A DNA stretch of 62,354 nt, counting the filler, from Sphacelaria rigidula (Eukaryota): the NCBI GenBank assembly GCA_964200075.2. It is 6 parts of 6 records of this genome, joined end to end, with 100 filler letters (N's around TTAATTAATTAA, not from the genome) between each part and the next. Parts side by side here need not be neighbours in the genome. Positions count along the whole stretch, not along the records: positions 31,230 to 41,538 come from CAXNAA020006746.1; positions 41,639 to 51,946 come from CAXNAA020006747.1; 4 more parts are not named here. One strand, written 5' to 3'. Below, piece after piece: positions 37,617-50,300 of the stretch. The translations under genes and the position numbers were made by a program. The notes under the pieces are model-generated. The model did no database searches and was not told the origin of the DNA. It was given only the letters and a program-made list of their open reading frames with translations. Every line of letters begins with the position of its first letter. Position 1 is the stretch's first letter.

Positions 37617-37841
37617 TCTTATTACAGGTATCTCAAACTCGGCTCCCGGTATCCTGGTTTATTCGCTGGCTCTGAGTTGTGTACTATTGTTTCAAGTGAA
37701 AGTGATCGCGATTCATGGGAGGATCTGACCTGGCGGTCAAAGGGTCACATCATCTGATGAATCGGCATCACTTTCACTCGAAAAAATAAAACCAAACAAA
37801 ACAGGATACCGGGAGCCGAGTTTGAGATACCTCTACTAAGA
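37617..37841. mobile_element. MITE-like element with ~35-bp terminal inverted repeats
   Basis: AGGTATCTCAAACTCGGCTCCCGGTATCCTG and its exact reverse complement at ~37802-37832. An internal GCGGTCAAAGGGTCA/TGAATCGGCATC motif also occurs at ~41180-41340 and ~56935-56975. TSD not evident. Confidence 0.7.
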
Positions 37842-38541
37842 TGTTACACATGTCACTGAGCTAAACAGTCAACTGTTTGGCCCAACGGTATCTGTGACAT
37901 CTGAACAAGCACAAGGCCGAAATCAAAATCCCGTGCTGTGACTGTCATCGAACGGTTTCGAGCCGAACTTCGGCTAGCGTGAACGATGCTCGTTGCTCAC
38001 GATCACCGCAAAAACACTCATGAACTGATGTCCATCAGCATCAGGGAGGGAGGTGTTTGATCGCCATTCTGCTACGTCGTGTAACGCGAGTAGAGGTATC
38101 GTATTTCCGGGAACATATAGCTAGGACTAGCGATCATGGAAATACATGAACTACTGTCTAAAGAGGAAGAGGTCTCTTCTGTACTGGCGTCCGAACACAG
38201 CGATATCGTCAAGCCCTGGTGGCCAAACTGGTATATTAACGACCAATTCAGGTGCATCTCGAGGGGTGTGGATCCCAACGATAAGGTTACCCCTGGTTTT
38301 CCTCGTCACAACGAGTGAGGGCTTGAGTAGCATGTAGTACTTACGTTTCGACGAAGGGCAAGGGGCCGCGGAAGTGTCGATTCAATGTCTACACATTTAT
38401 AGTATTAATAGGGTGATGACCTAGAGGAGAGAGGGCAGATCTCTTTTGAGCCTATGTTACGGACTCGTCCTGCTGAAACAGGGAGTGAATGGACGCACAA
38501 CCGACCGTTTTAGGAGTGAGCGAGAGATATTGAATAATTTC

Positions 38542-39507
38542 CAGGGAAGGATACGTGACACGTGAACGTGAACGTGACGTGACGTGAATCACGTTCATAA
38601 AATTTAACGTAACGTGACACGTGACGCGTGTCACGTTTGGAAAATTTAACGTTACGTGAACGTGCCATCTGGAAATTTAACGTAACGTGAACGTGACATT
38701 AATCACGTTGAAAACATTCAACGTGACGTTTCGTTACATGTAACATAATATGTAACGTGTCACGTATGATGTAACGTGACAGTGATACGTGTCACGTTCG
38801 AATGTAACGTTTCAGTTTCGTTTTTCTTGGGTACGTCTTTCATAAGACCACGGCTGGACACCTGGGGGGTCAGAGAAAGTGTGACAATCAATCAATCAAT
38901 CAATCAAATCAAAATGATACGTCATAAACACGTTACATGAAGCAGTTGACACTTCGACTTTGCAGTGAATTTTGAAACACGCTCTGAGAAAAAAAAAAGG
39001 AAGGAACACAAAAAAAACAAGAACAGAAAAACAGAAAAAGAGGGGTCGAACAGAACGACATAGCAGACTAAGTCGTGACAAGAAAATAAAAAGTCAACAC
39101 AAGAAAAGCACAGAAAGAAATGGCCGACCTAAAACAAGAAAAAGGAAAACAAGAGGAAGTACAAAGCAAATAAAATACAATGAAAATATTGAGAAATATA
39201 TAGATATACATATATATATATGTATTTATAACGTGTAACATAATATGTAACGGTTCATGTCACGTGTCACGTATAATTCACGTGTCACGTATAATACATG
39301 TGATACGTGACATGAAACGTTACATCATACGTGATTCGAACGTTGCGGCGATTTCAACGTGACACGTGACGCGTATCACATTCGCAAAGTTACGTGAGCA
39401 TGACGTTAATCACGTTGAAATATTTTAACGTGAACGTAACGCGACGCCCAAAACGTAACGTTCACGTCAAGTGTTACGCTGTGTCACGTGTCACGTATCT
39501 CTCCTTG
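38542..39507. mobile_element. TIR element with ACGT/CACGTG-rich subterminal arrays, interrupted by a (AATC)n-tail insertion
   Basis: Left end CAGGGAAGGATACGTGACACGTGA; right end reverse complement CAAGGAGAGATACGTGACACGTGA; arrays at ~38550-38810 and ~39230-39500. Confidence 0.7.
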
Positions 39508-41538
39508 AAATTAATAACTTATAATTTTATGCTCATCCAGTCAAATTGTTCAAAACGTCTGGAGCAAAAAAAACTAAAAACAAGACACCACGGTGTGTAT
39601 CGATATCTAACACAATGGTGGACCCCCGATTGGTGTGCTGGCAGGACGACGACGATGATTCGGCAGCCGCTGCGACACCGCCTACGGCCATGCACGAGAA
39701 TGATCACGACATGTTCCGCATTGTGAGTAGCAAGCAGCGCGTAAGTTGTCTCTCTAGCTATGCCCCCGTGTACTTTGGTTCGTGTGTCGGTACGACCTAG
39801 TTCAGTAGAGTGTGACAGTAGGGAGGGAATGCGCGATGTCACCGATGCTTGCGTTTGAACAAACTGGTCGTAAAACGAAAGCGATTGTTGAGTCAAATAT
39901 CGAGTATATATACTCTTACACATTATGTTTCTCCGCGGATGTTATCCCTGCACGCGAGTGCGACAGTGACGATGTCTGACAGCGCAGTATTCCTCCGCAC
40001 TCCGACGCACCAGCGGTCAGTATTTCATTCTTCCGTTTCTCTGTGATGAACCACATCTCCTGTTTTTTTCTGTGAGTTTGTGCTCTCGTCGCGGTACTTC
40101 ACGGAATTTTTACACTTTCTTCCACTTCGACACCACTGACTACCCTACCTCTCTCGTGTGTTTTCTCTCAGGAAACCCGTCACTCAGGGAACCCGTTACT
40201 CAGGTAACCCGTCACTCTAAGGCGAGGGACTTCGCTAGCCGTTTGCCTCTCCCTCGTGCTAGTGACCACCACTGTTCCTCAGTGAATCTCGAGCTTCCCT
40301 CCTCGGAAATTAGCCCAGCCTGTTACTCCGGCACCTCTTGGAACGTCTACAAAAAATAGGTTTATAAATGATGCTGATTAATCAAGAGGCGGTCGGCCGT
40401 TTCTCTGTGATAAATCCCACCGCCTCCTGCTATATGTCCGAAACCTCTCTCGCTGTTGGCCACACCTGCCTCTCTATTCCTCCATCACTACCTAACTTGC
40501 CTCCTTTCTGTAGCATCTTGTTTCGTTGGAGCTCACCGCGTGCTGTGCCGTGGCACGAAGGTGCCCGGCACATCCGAGGGTAGTTTGCTATGACAACCAA
40601 GTGAAAGCCAGCGTGAAAATCCGACCTTTGTCAAGTAAAAACGATACCGATTCCATAAGTCAACATCTCCCGCGCTATAGAGTTTTACCGAGAGCTTGTG
40701 GCCTGGCGGGGAATGCGGCGTCGAGCACATTCATAGTGAGCTCTTCAGTACATCAGTGCCACGCTGTGGCGCGAACGGTACACCCGAGAGGACTGTGTTA
40801 TGACAACCACAAGCAGTGACAGCTAGTGTGAAAATTCGCAGTCGGATCGCCGCTGGCTACATTTACGCCTCGAGATTTTCTGTTTGGAGCCGTACGGTTT
40901 GACTTCTTCGCGAACTGTGTCTCACTACAGGGGTATTTCCTACAGTAGTAATGTTATGGCCATTGATTGCATGTACCGGTATTTTTCTCCTCAATTAGGC
41001 GGCCAAAGAGTTCCAGAGAATTTGCCGCTTCTCGACTTTTGCGTAGTCGGGTAGTCGTGGTCGGCGGAAGCGCCTCACGCCGGACGCACTAACAACGACT
41101 TCTTCTGCACATAATTTCAGTCGCCTACCTGCTGTACCGTTGTGTATGGTTGTGTATGATCCGTGATGAACGAACGATTGACCCTTTGACGGCGAGAGTG
41201 GGTCATCTATTCTGTTGAATCGGTCAATTTAAGCTGAAAAAGGGTGCTTGATTCCGATGACCGACCCTCGCAGTCAAACGGTTGACTCTTTGACCGCGAG
41301 GGCAGATCACCTGCTGAATCGGCATCGATTTCACTGGGAGAAGTATGCGTAATCCAGATGGGCTACCCAACCCGCCGCCAGGGTAGGCCATCTGGGCCAT
41401 CGACGATTCAACAGATACCCTATCTTATATGGTGGCGATCAAAGAGTTAGATTATTCGGATCATTGACACGTGTAGCCAAAATACACCAAGGCGTAGTAG
41501 ATGTAGCATGTGGGATCCTGGATGATGACCAGGGGACA

Positions 41539-41638
41539 NNNNNNNNNNNNNNNNNNNNNNNNNNNNNNNNNNNNNNNNNNNNTTAATTAATTAANNNNNN
41601 NNNNNNNNNNNNNNNNNNNNNNNNNNNNNNNNNNNNNN
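41539..41638. other. Artificial contig linker
   Basis: N44-TTAATTAATTAA-N44. Confidence 0.99.
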
Positions 41639-42279
41639 AGGGGTCCCCCCCCCCCCCCCAGGTGACTGCACACAACTGTACACGGGACTTGTACCCGTTC
41701 TGGCAACCTTGCTGCGTCGCAAACGACGTCAACGTTTGACTTGTTTTCTTGTTCTTCCAGTGTTCGTCGCATATCTCTTGAGCAGCGCCGTACAAGCACA
41801 AACGCGATCATTGGAATTTCACAGCTCAGACAGCGATTATATTTCACACATCGATCATCTCTCGGCTAAAAACTTCCGAGACACTTTGCAATCGCGACAG
41901 CATCGACTGAGTGCAGAATTTCCTCTGCTTTCGCCGGCACATTGTTTTCCAGAGTACAGACAGAAGACTGCGCCCCGGCTCAACGATACATTAATCATCG
42001 ACAAGTACAGTGTTGCAGCTCGTACTGTGGTGTCTTTAATTACTGCATCATGCCACTGCTCCCTAATTGGAGCATTCCTTCGGGCACGAGCGCCCTTTCG
42101 TCCTTCTGGTAACACACTACTGCCCTGCACTTTAAGTCGGGACACTCGTGGCACCTACCACACCTATTTTCCTTCTATCGTTCAGCTACTTGCGCTTATG
42201 AATCGCACCAAATAGTCCGAATAGTTGTTCTGAAATTGTCAGAACCGCAGGTTTAAGCCCGCCGAGAGCCTCCCTAATT

Positions 42280-43164
42280 ATGTCGCAACCTATTAGCCCT
42301 GTTTCCTCCCTCTCCTCCGGCTCGGGAGGCACACGGCCCCACCGTACACGAAGTCAAACTATTAGCCGTTCAGGCCATATTGGCAAAGGTGGTGTTTCAC
42401 CTAAAGCTCCACGACAACAACCTGAGAGCGCTGCTCTATCTACGGGACTTGAAGACCAGCAGCCTGCAAAGTCAAGACTGCCTCACGACGTAACATGCCG
42501 TGACGGCTCGACATCAGGCGCTACTCTATCTACGGGACTTGAAGACCGGCAGACCGCAAAGTCAAAAGTACCTCACGACGTACCATTCTGTCGTGGCTCG
42601 ACAGCAGTTGCGGCTATAACGCCCACGTTCCACGATGTAACATCCCGTGACGATTCGATACCGGCTCGTGCCGAAGCACCCCCCTCACTGAGGAATGCTT
42701 CCACGGATGCCGTTCTGGGACCCACGGCTAGGATGGCGCCCTCAGTTGAGCCCGTAGCGGTGGGTTCTTCCATGGCGCCCAGTTCGGAGACGATTAAGTT
42801 TTCGCCATCCCAGCCGAAGCAGCACTCTTCCACCGTTCGAAGTACTGCCATGGGTGTTACTTCTGTTGGAAGTCCTCACTCCACGACTTCTGGTGGTCCA
42901 ACGCGCCGCACCCTGTCATCTGGGTCCGGCACTATGGTCGAGGCCATGATTCTGGCACTTCAGAATTCAACCAAGGCTTCACCTAGTTCCGCTGACGATC
43001 CTGGCAAAAATCTTGCCATGGCACTCAAGTCGTTCTACGATGCCACGCTACATACGCAGGCACGCCCTTCATACGCGCAAATTGTCCGCGGGGCTCAAAC
43101 TACAGAAATTGCCGCCGCACGTTTTGACCCTCAGTCGCCACTGCGCGGTCTGTACAACTCCTGA
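42280..43164 (+). CDS. S/T/P-rich 294-aa ORF upstream of the Gypsy gag-like region
   Basis: Uninterrupted ATG ORF with an internal 90-bp repeat (LSTGLED..AKS..PHDV); probably part of the element. Confidence 0.4.
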   Translation: MSQPISPVSSLSSGSGGTRPHRTRSQTISRSGHIGKGGVSPKAPRQQPESAALSTGLEDQQPAKSRLPHDVTCRDGSTSGATLSTGLEDRQTAKSKVPHDVPFCRGSTAVAAITPTFHDVTSRDDSIPARAEAPPSLRNASTDAVLGPTARMAPSVEPVAVGSSMAPSSETIKFSPSQPKQHSSTVRSTAMGVTSVGSPHSTTSGGPTRRTLSSGSGTMVEAMILALQNSTKASPSSADDPGKNLAMALKSFYDATLHTQARPSYAQIVRGAQTTEIAAARFDPQSPLRGLYNS

Positions 43165-46062
43165 GAAAAAGCCAGGATCGACATCATTCTCGCCCATCTT
43201 CCGCTCCCTACGGAAGCGGGGCCCGTGTCTCATATCATCATAAGTCGACGTGGCGTGATAGGCATGTCAACGACAGCCATTCTTCCGGGGGTAGCCCAGG
43301 ACACGGCCGTCAATCTTCACGTAGGTCGAGGAGATCATCCAGCAATAGCCACACAAGTGGTCGTGCTCCATTCATGCGGCACCCGCAGCGCCGACAACAC
43401 ATGCGTAATGACCACACTGTGTACGCGGACGACGTGCGAAATATCCTTTCTGATCTATCATCGGACCCAGCTTCCTCGATAGAGAAGGTTAGCGAAACTT
43501 CTTTTTACGAGCCTCGACGTCATCATAGACGAGCTCGAGCTAACCGCGATGTCCCATCCCGTTCCACCGCTGATGCACCACGATCCGTTTGCTACAACGA
43601 CAGATTTCATATCTGCAACGTTTAATCAAAGAAACTATGGACTCATCTAAGACTTCGTCCACCTTCTTCGGCCACAACTGTGACCACTACGGCGCAAACT
43701 GCGGCGCCTGCCAATAACACGGCGGCTCTGGCCACCCTAACTGCCGGCTCCAGTGCCACCGCGGCACCTTCGGCCGCAGTAACGGTCGCTCCTGCCGTCG
43801 CACTACCGCCGGCGGAGGCGCTCCTAACATCAGGTCTCCAACCATTGCTGTTGCCGCCCCTACCGCCGCCACTGCCACCGTCGGCGGCGCCCCCACGACT
43901 GACAGGTGCCTGGGTAAGCCGCACCCTCAGCAGCAGCTCCCCGCGGAGTTCTTCCCCACGGGGTATCTTGTGTGACTTTTTCTGGAACATGACAGAGACA
44001 CGCAGGATAACATCATCGCTCGTTACCGAGCCGCCACCCCGGTGCCAGCCCTACCGGTCACCACCCGGCGCGGAACCTTATGGCGACCACCCCGGCGCCG
44101 ACATTTCAGGACATGCCAAATGACCGCGCTGCTGACAAGCACGCGATTCGCCTCTTCCGCGAGGAATTTCTCAAGCGGCAGGCAAACCTAGAGCGTAACG
44201 TCAACACCGCCACCGCCGCCCACTCCGCTGCCCTTCGGGCTCATGCGGAACACCAATCGGTCGTAGGGCAGCCAGCCGACGCAAGGCTGCGGAGCTGGCG
44301 GCCCATATTAATCGGACTGCTGAGCACGCTGCGTCGGTGACTACTTTACTAACCAACCATCAGGGCGCTCGGGCCCGCGCAACGTCGCTTCATACTCCGC
44401 AGCACACTCAGCTATCCCCCCCAGCTTCTCCACCATTGCGCCTGGTCTCTTTGCCATCTGCGGGGTACCGCATATCCCGTAAGTCGGAAGCCGCCACTCC
44501 CGACACAACGATCGAGGACGAGCCCCGTCTTTCCCTCTCCCCTCACGAGGTCACTTGGCTCGTGCATGCCGTACGAGACTTTTCCGCAGACGTTTTGGTG
44601 GACAACCCCCTGCGAAGCTCCAGGGCCGCTTGGACTGCTGTCCACCATAGGTTTATAGTTGCCTTAGGTCTATACCTGGACCAAGGCGCACAACTCCCGG
44701 TCGCAGACCCGCACGTCCTGACGCTCGCCAAGCTTGTGGCGCATGCCCAAACTGACCCTAATGATGGTACCAGTGCCTACAACAGGGCCGCCCGTAGCCT
44801 TTTGCAGGCCTTACGGGGCGTGTTTCAGTCCGGCACCTCTGCTGACGACAACAACAATGATGATGACAAATGGACTCCGGTCACCGCGAACTGTCGGCCG
44901 CACAAACTCCACGGAGACAATGATGACCGTCAGGGTGGCGGACGCGGGGGTCGCCGGGACGGTTCCAGATCCTCCGGTGGAGGACGACGAGGGTCTAATT
45001 CACGACGAACGACCCGGAGTAAACAGCACACAAACTGGAAACGCACGGAATCTGGCTAGTCGGACAGCTCGTCCCGCAATCCCCGCAACAGGAATGGGTC
45101 AATGACGGACCCGCCGTCCGTCAACTCAGTCAATGTCAGGCAAGAAACGCCCCGTGTGGCTGATGTTTCCCGCGAGTTATTAGGTTTGTCTGGCACTGAT
45201 GATGAAGATCGACCTTTGTAATCGACCTCGGCCCGCACTTTAGCTGCCGCCGCGGCTAGCCAAGCACATACTACTGCCCGTGAGGCTGCAGCAGCTGCTA
45301 AGGCTGATGCTGCTCGGATAATGAGGACTCAGGATAGTTTACGTCGAGTCTTATTCACTCCATCCGTCGTACTGTACGAAATATTTCTGTAATCAGCGGA
45401 TTGCACGGGTGTTCAGCGGTTGGGAAATCCCGTTTGAGTCGATGGTTGGCAGACGCCGCTACATAAGACCTTACACTGCGCTATCTCTCGTCGCTCACCT
45501 GACATTGCCTCTTCATTGACGCAGATCATCGACGGGTTCGTCGCAGCGATGAATTCGGACCGTGCCCCGGAGCGAACTGGCCCGACAATGCTCAGTGGTC
45601 TGGAGCGGCGTCTGACTGGCTACTTTGATCGTAGTACGCAGGGTACCTCCATCAAGTGTCTAAGCTCGTTTGGTGTAACCACGGGCGTGCCCTTTTCCGA
45701 CTACCTTCGTCAGTTCGAGTTGTTGGTTTCCAGCACTTTGGGAACTGGACGCCAGAGCGGGCCTTCTGATTCTAAGTGTCAGTTTCATGTCCGTACGAGT
45801 GTGTCTGAGCAGTTTCGGGCGTTGATGCCGTCGTTGTTCCCGGGTGCCCGAGCACACCTCGAGGTGCCTTACGCCTCCGTGGACGCAATGTGAACAGCTT
45901 TCGTTCATCAAGAAAGCAACCTCACTCCCGCCATTCGGGGTGACAAAGATTTGTCTTCGCGTTCACCGTCTGCCGCTGTCTCCTCCGCGAACACCTACGG
46001 GTCTCGCGGACGGAATTCGAGTTCATCTCGTGCTACATAGGCCCCCGCCTCTGTCGCTGCTT

Positions 46063-46155
46063 CAGTAATGAGTGTAAGAAGTAACAAAGACCTGTTCTGC
46101 GCGAGTTCTCAGTAATGAGTGTAAGAAGTAACAAAGACCCATTCTGCGCGAGTTT
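46063..46155 (+). repeat. 46-bp tandem duplication that frameshifts gag
   Basis: TCAGTAATGAGTGTAAGAAGTAACAAAGACC..TTCTGCGCGAGTT at 46063 and 46109. Confidence 0.95.
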
Positions 46156-47084
46156 TGACGCATGGACATACTCTGAAGAGATATGTGATGACGTTAATTT
46201 GACTTCTACGACAGCTTTTGTGACGGATGACCCCCAGTTGTGGAACCCGCTTCTTTCTTCTTCGGCTAGACACGACGCTTTCAGCCGCCACGCCAACAGC
46301 TGTGTCAATTGCAATGTACAAGGCCACAGCATGCGTGACGGTGACAACCCATGCATCAATGCATTCGATCTCATGAACTCTGAACTACAGAGCAATGAAC
46401 CCGCGTGGCTTTGATGGCAAAAACGAATACGCGACTATCGTAGTCCAAATCGAAATAATCACCACCATTCAAATACTCGAGGCAGCTATCGCTCTAATCA
46501 CGATCGCCGACAAAATAACGACCATGGTTCTGGCACTCCCCAAGGAGGTAATACCTCCCGCGCCAATCATGGTTTCGCTGATAGACACGAGCGAACGGGA
46601 CCGATACATTGCTCGAACCCCAACACCAGAAACCCTGGTACCTTCACTTCGGATCGCATAGATCCATGACGTGACAACGTCGGCGTCCTAAAGTCTTCGG
46701 CGCCGCCGACAGCACTTTCGAATACTTTTTCAACACCGCCCGCGAAACTAGCGACAAATATCTCTCGCTCAGTCTCCCCGGCGTTATGCAGGAGCACTAA
46801 TGACGACCGCTCATATCGACCCCCGTCTTCATCTCCTCGCATACAGCGTAATAGTTGCGTGAACTCACGACTACTTAGCTCTACGCTCGGCTCTGCACTT
46901 GGTCCTTCAGAACTCAGTGTAAATCTGAAGTGTGGGAATACCAGCCGCCTGTCCCTGAGACAAAGGCTTTCCTCAGCGACCGCACGCGCAGGCAGTAATG
47001 CATCTCACTCGACTGGTTCAAGTGTCGCTGGTCTCAATTTGACCACTGCGGGCCAAGTAACACCCACCCAGCTCAAAAGAGTTC

Positions 47085-47339
47085 ACGGTTAGGACGACTC
47101 ATCACGACTAAGAATCACCAAATCCACGAGTTCTTCGGCCTGAGCGCCCACAAGGGAGAAATAAGTTGATCGCTGGTTCAAGAGGTATCCACGCAACTTT
47201 TGCGCCATTTCACATATCTGGGCTGCGTATACCTGGGTTGCAACGCTGAAAACAAAGCCTAGGGATTGATTCGTACGAGTCGAATCAGTTATACTGAAAC
47301 CAAGTAATTTCCAGACGAATCATTATTTTTCCGACCCTT
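47085..47339. mobile_element. 255-bp insertion with 10-bp TSD nested in the Gypsy element
   Basis: AAAAGAGTTC at 47075-47084 and 47340-47349; segment absent from the homologous copy at ~58770-58790(-). Confidence 0.75.
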
Positions 47340-50300
47340 AAAAGAGTTCGTTCTTCGCGTTCATTATACCACGCGAACCTACCGCTGATTGGTTCCAAGA
47401 ACAACCGTCCCAATTTACAAAAAATCGACTATGACTCCTCAGCCAAGCTTGCCAACGGAAAGCCCAGAAGCTTCGCCCGAGCATGTCCCGATGCTGACCC
47501 CATCTACCCGACTGGACGTAGTCATGGTGTCTCGACAAGTTCTGAAAGTGCCCGACCGTCGTCACGGTGAGAAAGGAAGCCCCGTAAGGGTGCCCCCAAG
47601 GAAGCGCGCGCATCATCGTGCACACCTCTTTCGACCGGAAAACCTCGACCTCAATATCTCCAAAATGCGACGACGTTGCGCTCGGCGGCCCTATCAAGCA
47701 TCACCGAAGAAACAAATTCGAATATTTCTGACGCCACTGCTTTTTCAATCGACGGCCCTAACAACACACGATCTGCATCTACCTTGAATGTTGATCCCTA
47801 TCTACCTAAGACGGTCATTTACGAAATCGCTAATGATCAGTCTAACCGTGCCTCACCTGGGGATAATGTACCGACCACCACTTTTTCTGGTGAAAAATCT
47901 GACCCACCGGCGGATCATCCACCGTCCGTTTTTGCTGTCAGCCCCGCCGATCACGACTAATTTACCTTGCCGGAACATGGTCCGGATCTTGTCGGCGATA
48001 GAGTGTCCGTGGACCCGACCACTTTCACTACACACGTCGCGATCCACTCTGGTCCAGACGCTACCACGCCTACGAAATGCGTATCCCTGTTGGACAGCGG
48101 CAGCCCGCGAACGTTCATTTGACAATCAACATGGAAACACATGAAACAGACTGTCGCTGCTACTGCAGCTTGTGAAACCACCACCCAACCTCGAGTATGG
48201 GACGGCTTCGGTGATTCTACCACACCTCTGACAACACGAAAATCCGTACGTCTCAGTGTGCAATTCTTTCACAACACCACTCGTTTTACCAGCCTAGCCG
48301 TCTGGGCATACATCGTCCCCGACAGCACAATGGATCACGCCATCCTATTGGGCAGAGATAGCTATATGCGATTTAATAAACGAACCTACCGCACTCTTCC
48401 ACCACCATCGCCACAATTCACGTGTCGTGGAGAACTCAACCTTGAACGCTTTGATACACTCCACGGTGCTCTGGCCTACCAAAAGCATACTCAAGCAACC
48501 GGAGCTGCTTACCACCTACGATACAGTGGTAGTGTTGGTATTACACTCTCCGACGATCCTCAACTTCTAGAAGTTGCACTACTTCGCCGAAATGGCATGC
48601 CTACACTTACGGGTCATTATCTTGCCGAAATGTTACCCCGTATTGGCGAACCAGCCGACACAGAACATTTTTATCTCGGTGGGACAACAACTCCTCCCTC
48701 TTACGGATCATGCTAACTTGGAACCCGGCGATATTTTAGCAAACGCCGCCGCTCCCCTGATGCACATCCCACTCGAGACGTGCGTAACAGAGCCAGCCGA
48801 GCCCGACGCACCATCTCCGGCGGAGTTAGTCCATTGTGTTGATGGACCTTATTTCGACCTCGCCTCTGCAACTCCACCCCAGGTCCACACCATGAATCCT
48901 GCCCAGTCATATTCCGATCCTCCTGCTGAAGTGCTCTAACGCTCATCACCAGATTCCCGGAATATTTTCTTACAAATGTGGAACCAACTGCCACCACACA
49001 TGCGTAATATCAATTTTGACCTTCATGGGCCCGGCTGGGAGCCAGCAGTTATCCAAAAACTCAGTGATGTCCTGCTATAGTGCCAAGACCGATTTTCCCG
49101 ATCCAAAACGATCTTGGGCAAACACTGCCCTTTGAGGTTACACTTCAACCCGGGGCCTCGCCAATATCGTCGCGACCATACCGGACAAACCCAATCCTTA
49201 CTAAAAAAGTAAATGCCATCTTGGATGCATATTTTGGAGCGGGATTATTACAACATTCCTCCTCTCCTTGGGCCTCGCCACTTGTGGTCGTCCCCAAAAA
49301 CGATGGAAACATACGCATAGCCGTGAAATATCAACGGTTGAATCGCGTCACTGTGGTTGGTAAACTTTCAATCCCCCACCTTGATGAAGTCCTCGACTCC
49401 TTAGACGAAGGAAAAATTTGACCTCAAGTTCACGGCTCCATTCGACCCACCTTCTACATCAACCGCGCCACCCTGTCCAACGAGGCCAACCGGAGCCCGC
49501 TAGAATTGGAAGGCGGAGTGATCACCTGGACCATTAAGCGTCTCCGACAACATCTGTTTCACGTGATATATGAGATCTACACGGATCATGAGGCACTCGA
49601 ACAACTCGCCAAGGTTGACGAACACAACCCGCGTGTACAGCGATGGTTGGAGTTTCTAATAGCATACCAGTAAGCCGTTAAGCAATATCCAAGCAAAACC
49701 GACGGGAACGCTGATCTTCTTTCCCGACTACCCCTGACGCCTACGGCCGAATATTTCAGCCCAGCTTGCCGTTTAACGGAACCCGATGAACCTGGGATTT
49801 ACTCTATACGACGTTTTTCAACGCCCGTTCATGCCCTTGAACTTCAGTGCCCAGAGACTGATATGCACATAGGAGGACCTCGCCTTCTACCATATGATGC
49901 CGTCTTGGGTGGGTTTAAGCCCACTATCTCCGATTTTTTCGATTTCCGCACTTTTGGTACTTGCGCGAAGCTTTTCACGGAGACACCTTCGGTCATCCAC
50001 CTCATCTCCGATAACACGCGCTCCCCGTCTGCCGCCCGCATCACGCCCCCGAGTGCCCCGCCATCGCCATCTACAAATCCTACGAGCCACGCAACACCGG
50101 TCCGACGGACCAGTAAACAACGCTCCGCGCAAAATACTGCAACATGCACCGCGCGCCGTGGACAACGTTCTCCGCGCGCTGCTACAACCCCGCCGCCCAT
50201 AACGGCGCCACCTACATCTACCGCTCCCGAGCATGAAGCCGACGAATCAGCTCCTGCTCCTGAGGCAAATATTGACGTCGGCATTTCTGCCCCGTCGCCT

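Noticed and set aside
38542..39507. Regulatory link between the G-box array and the bHLH gene
   Set aside because: They lie on different contigs joined artificially, and the bHLH lacks canonical E-box-contact residues.
42230..42262. Primer-binding site and 5' LTR of the contig-5 Gypsy
   Set aside because: TGTCAGAA only weakly resembles a tRNA-Leu PBS, and no second LTR is available for comparison.
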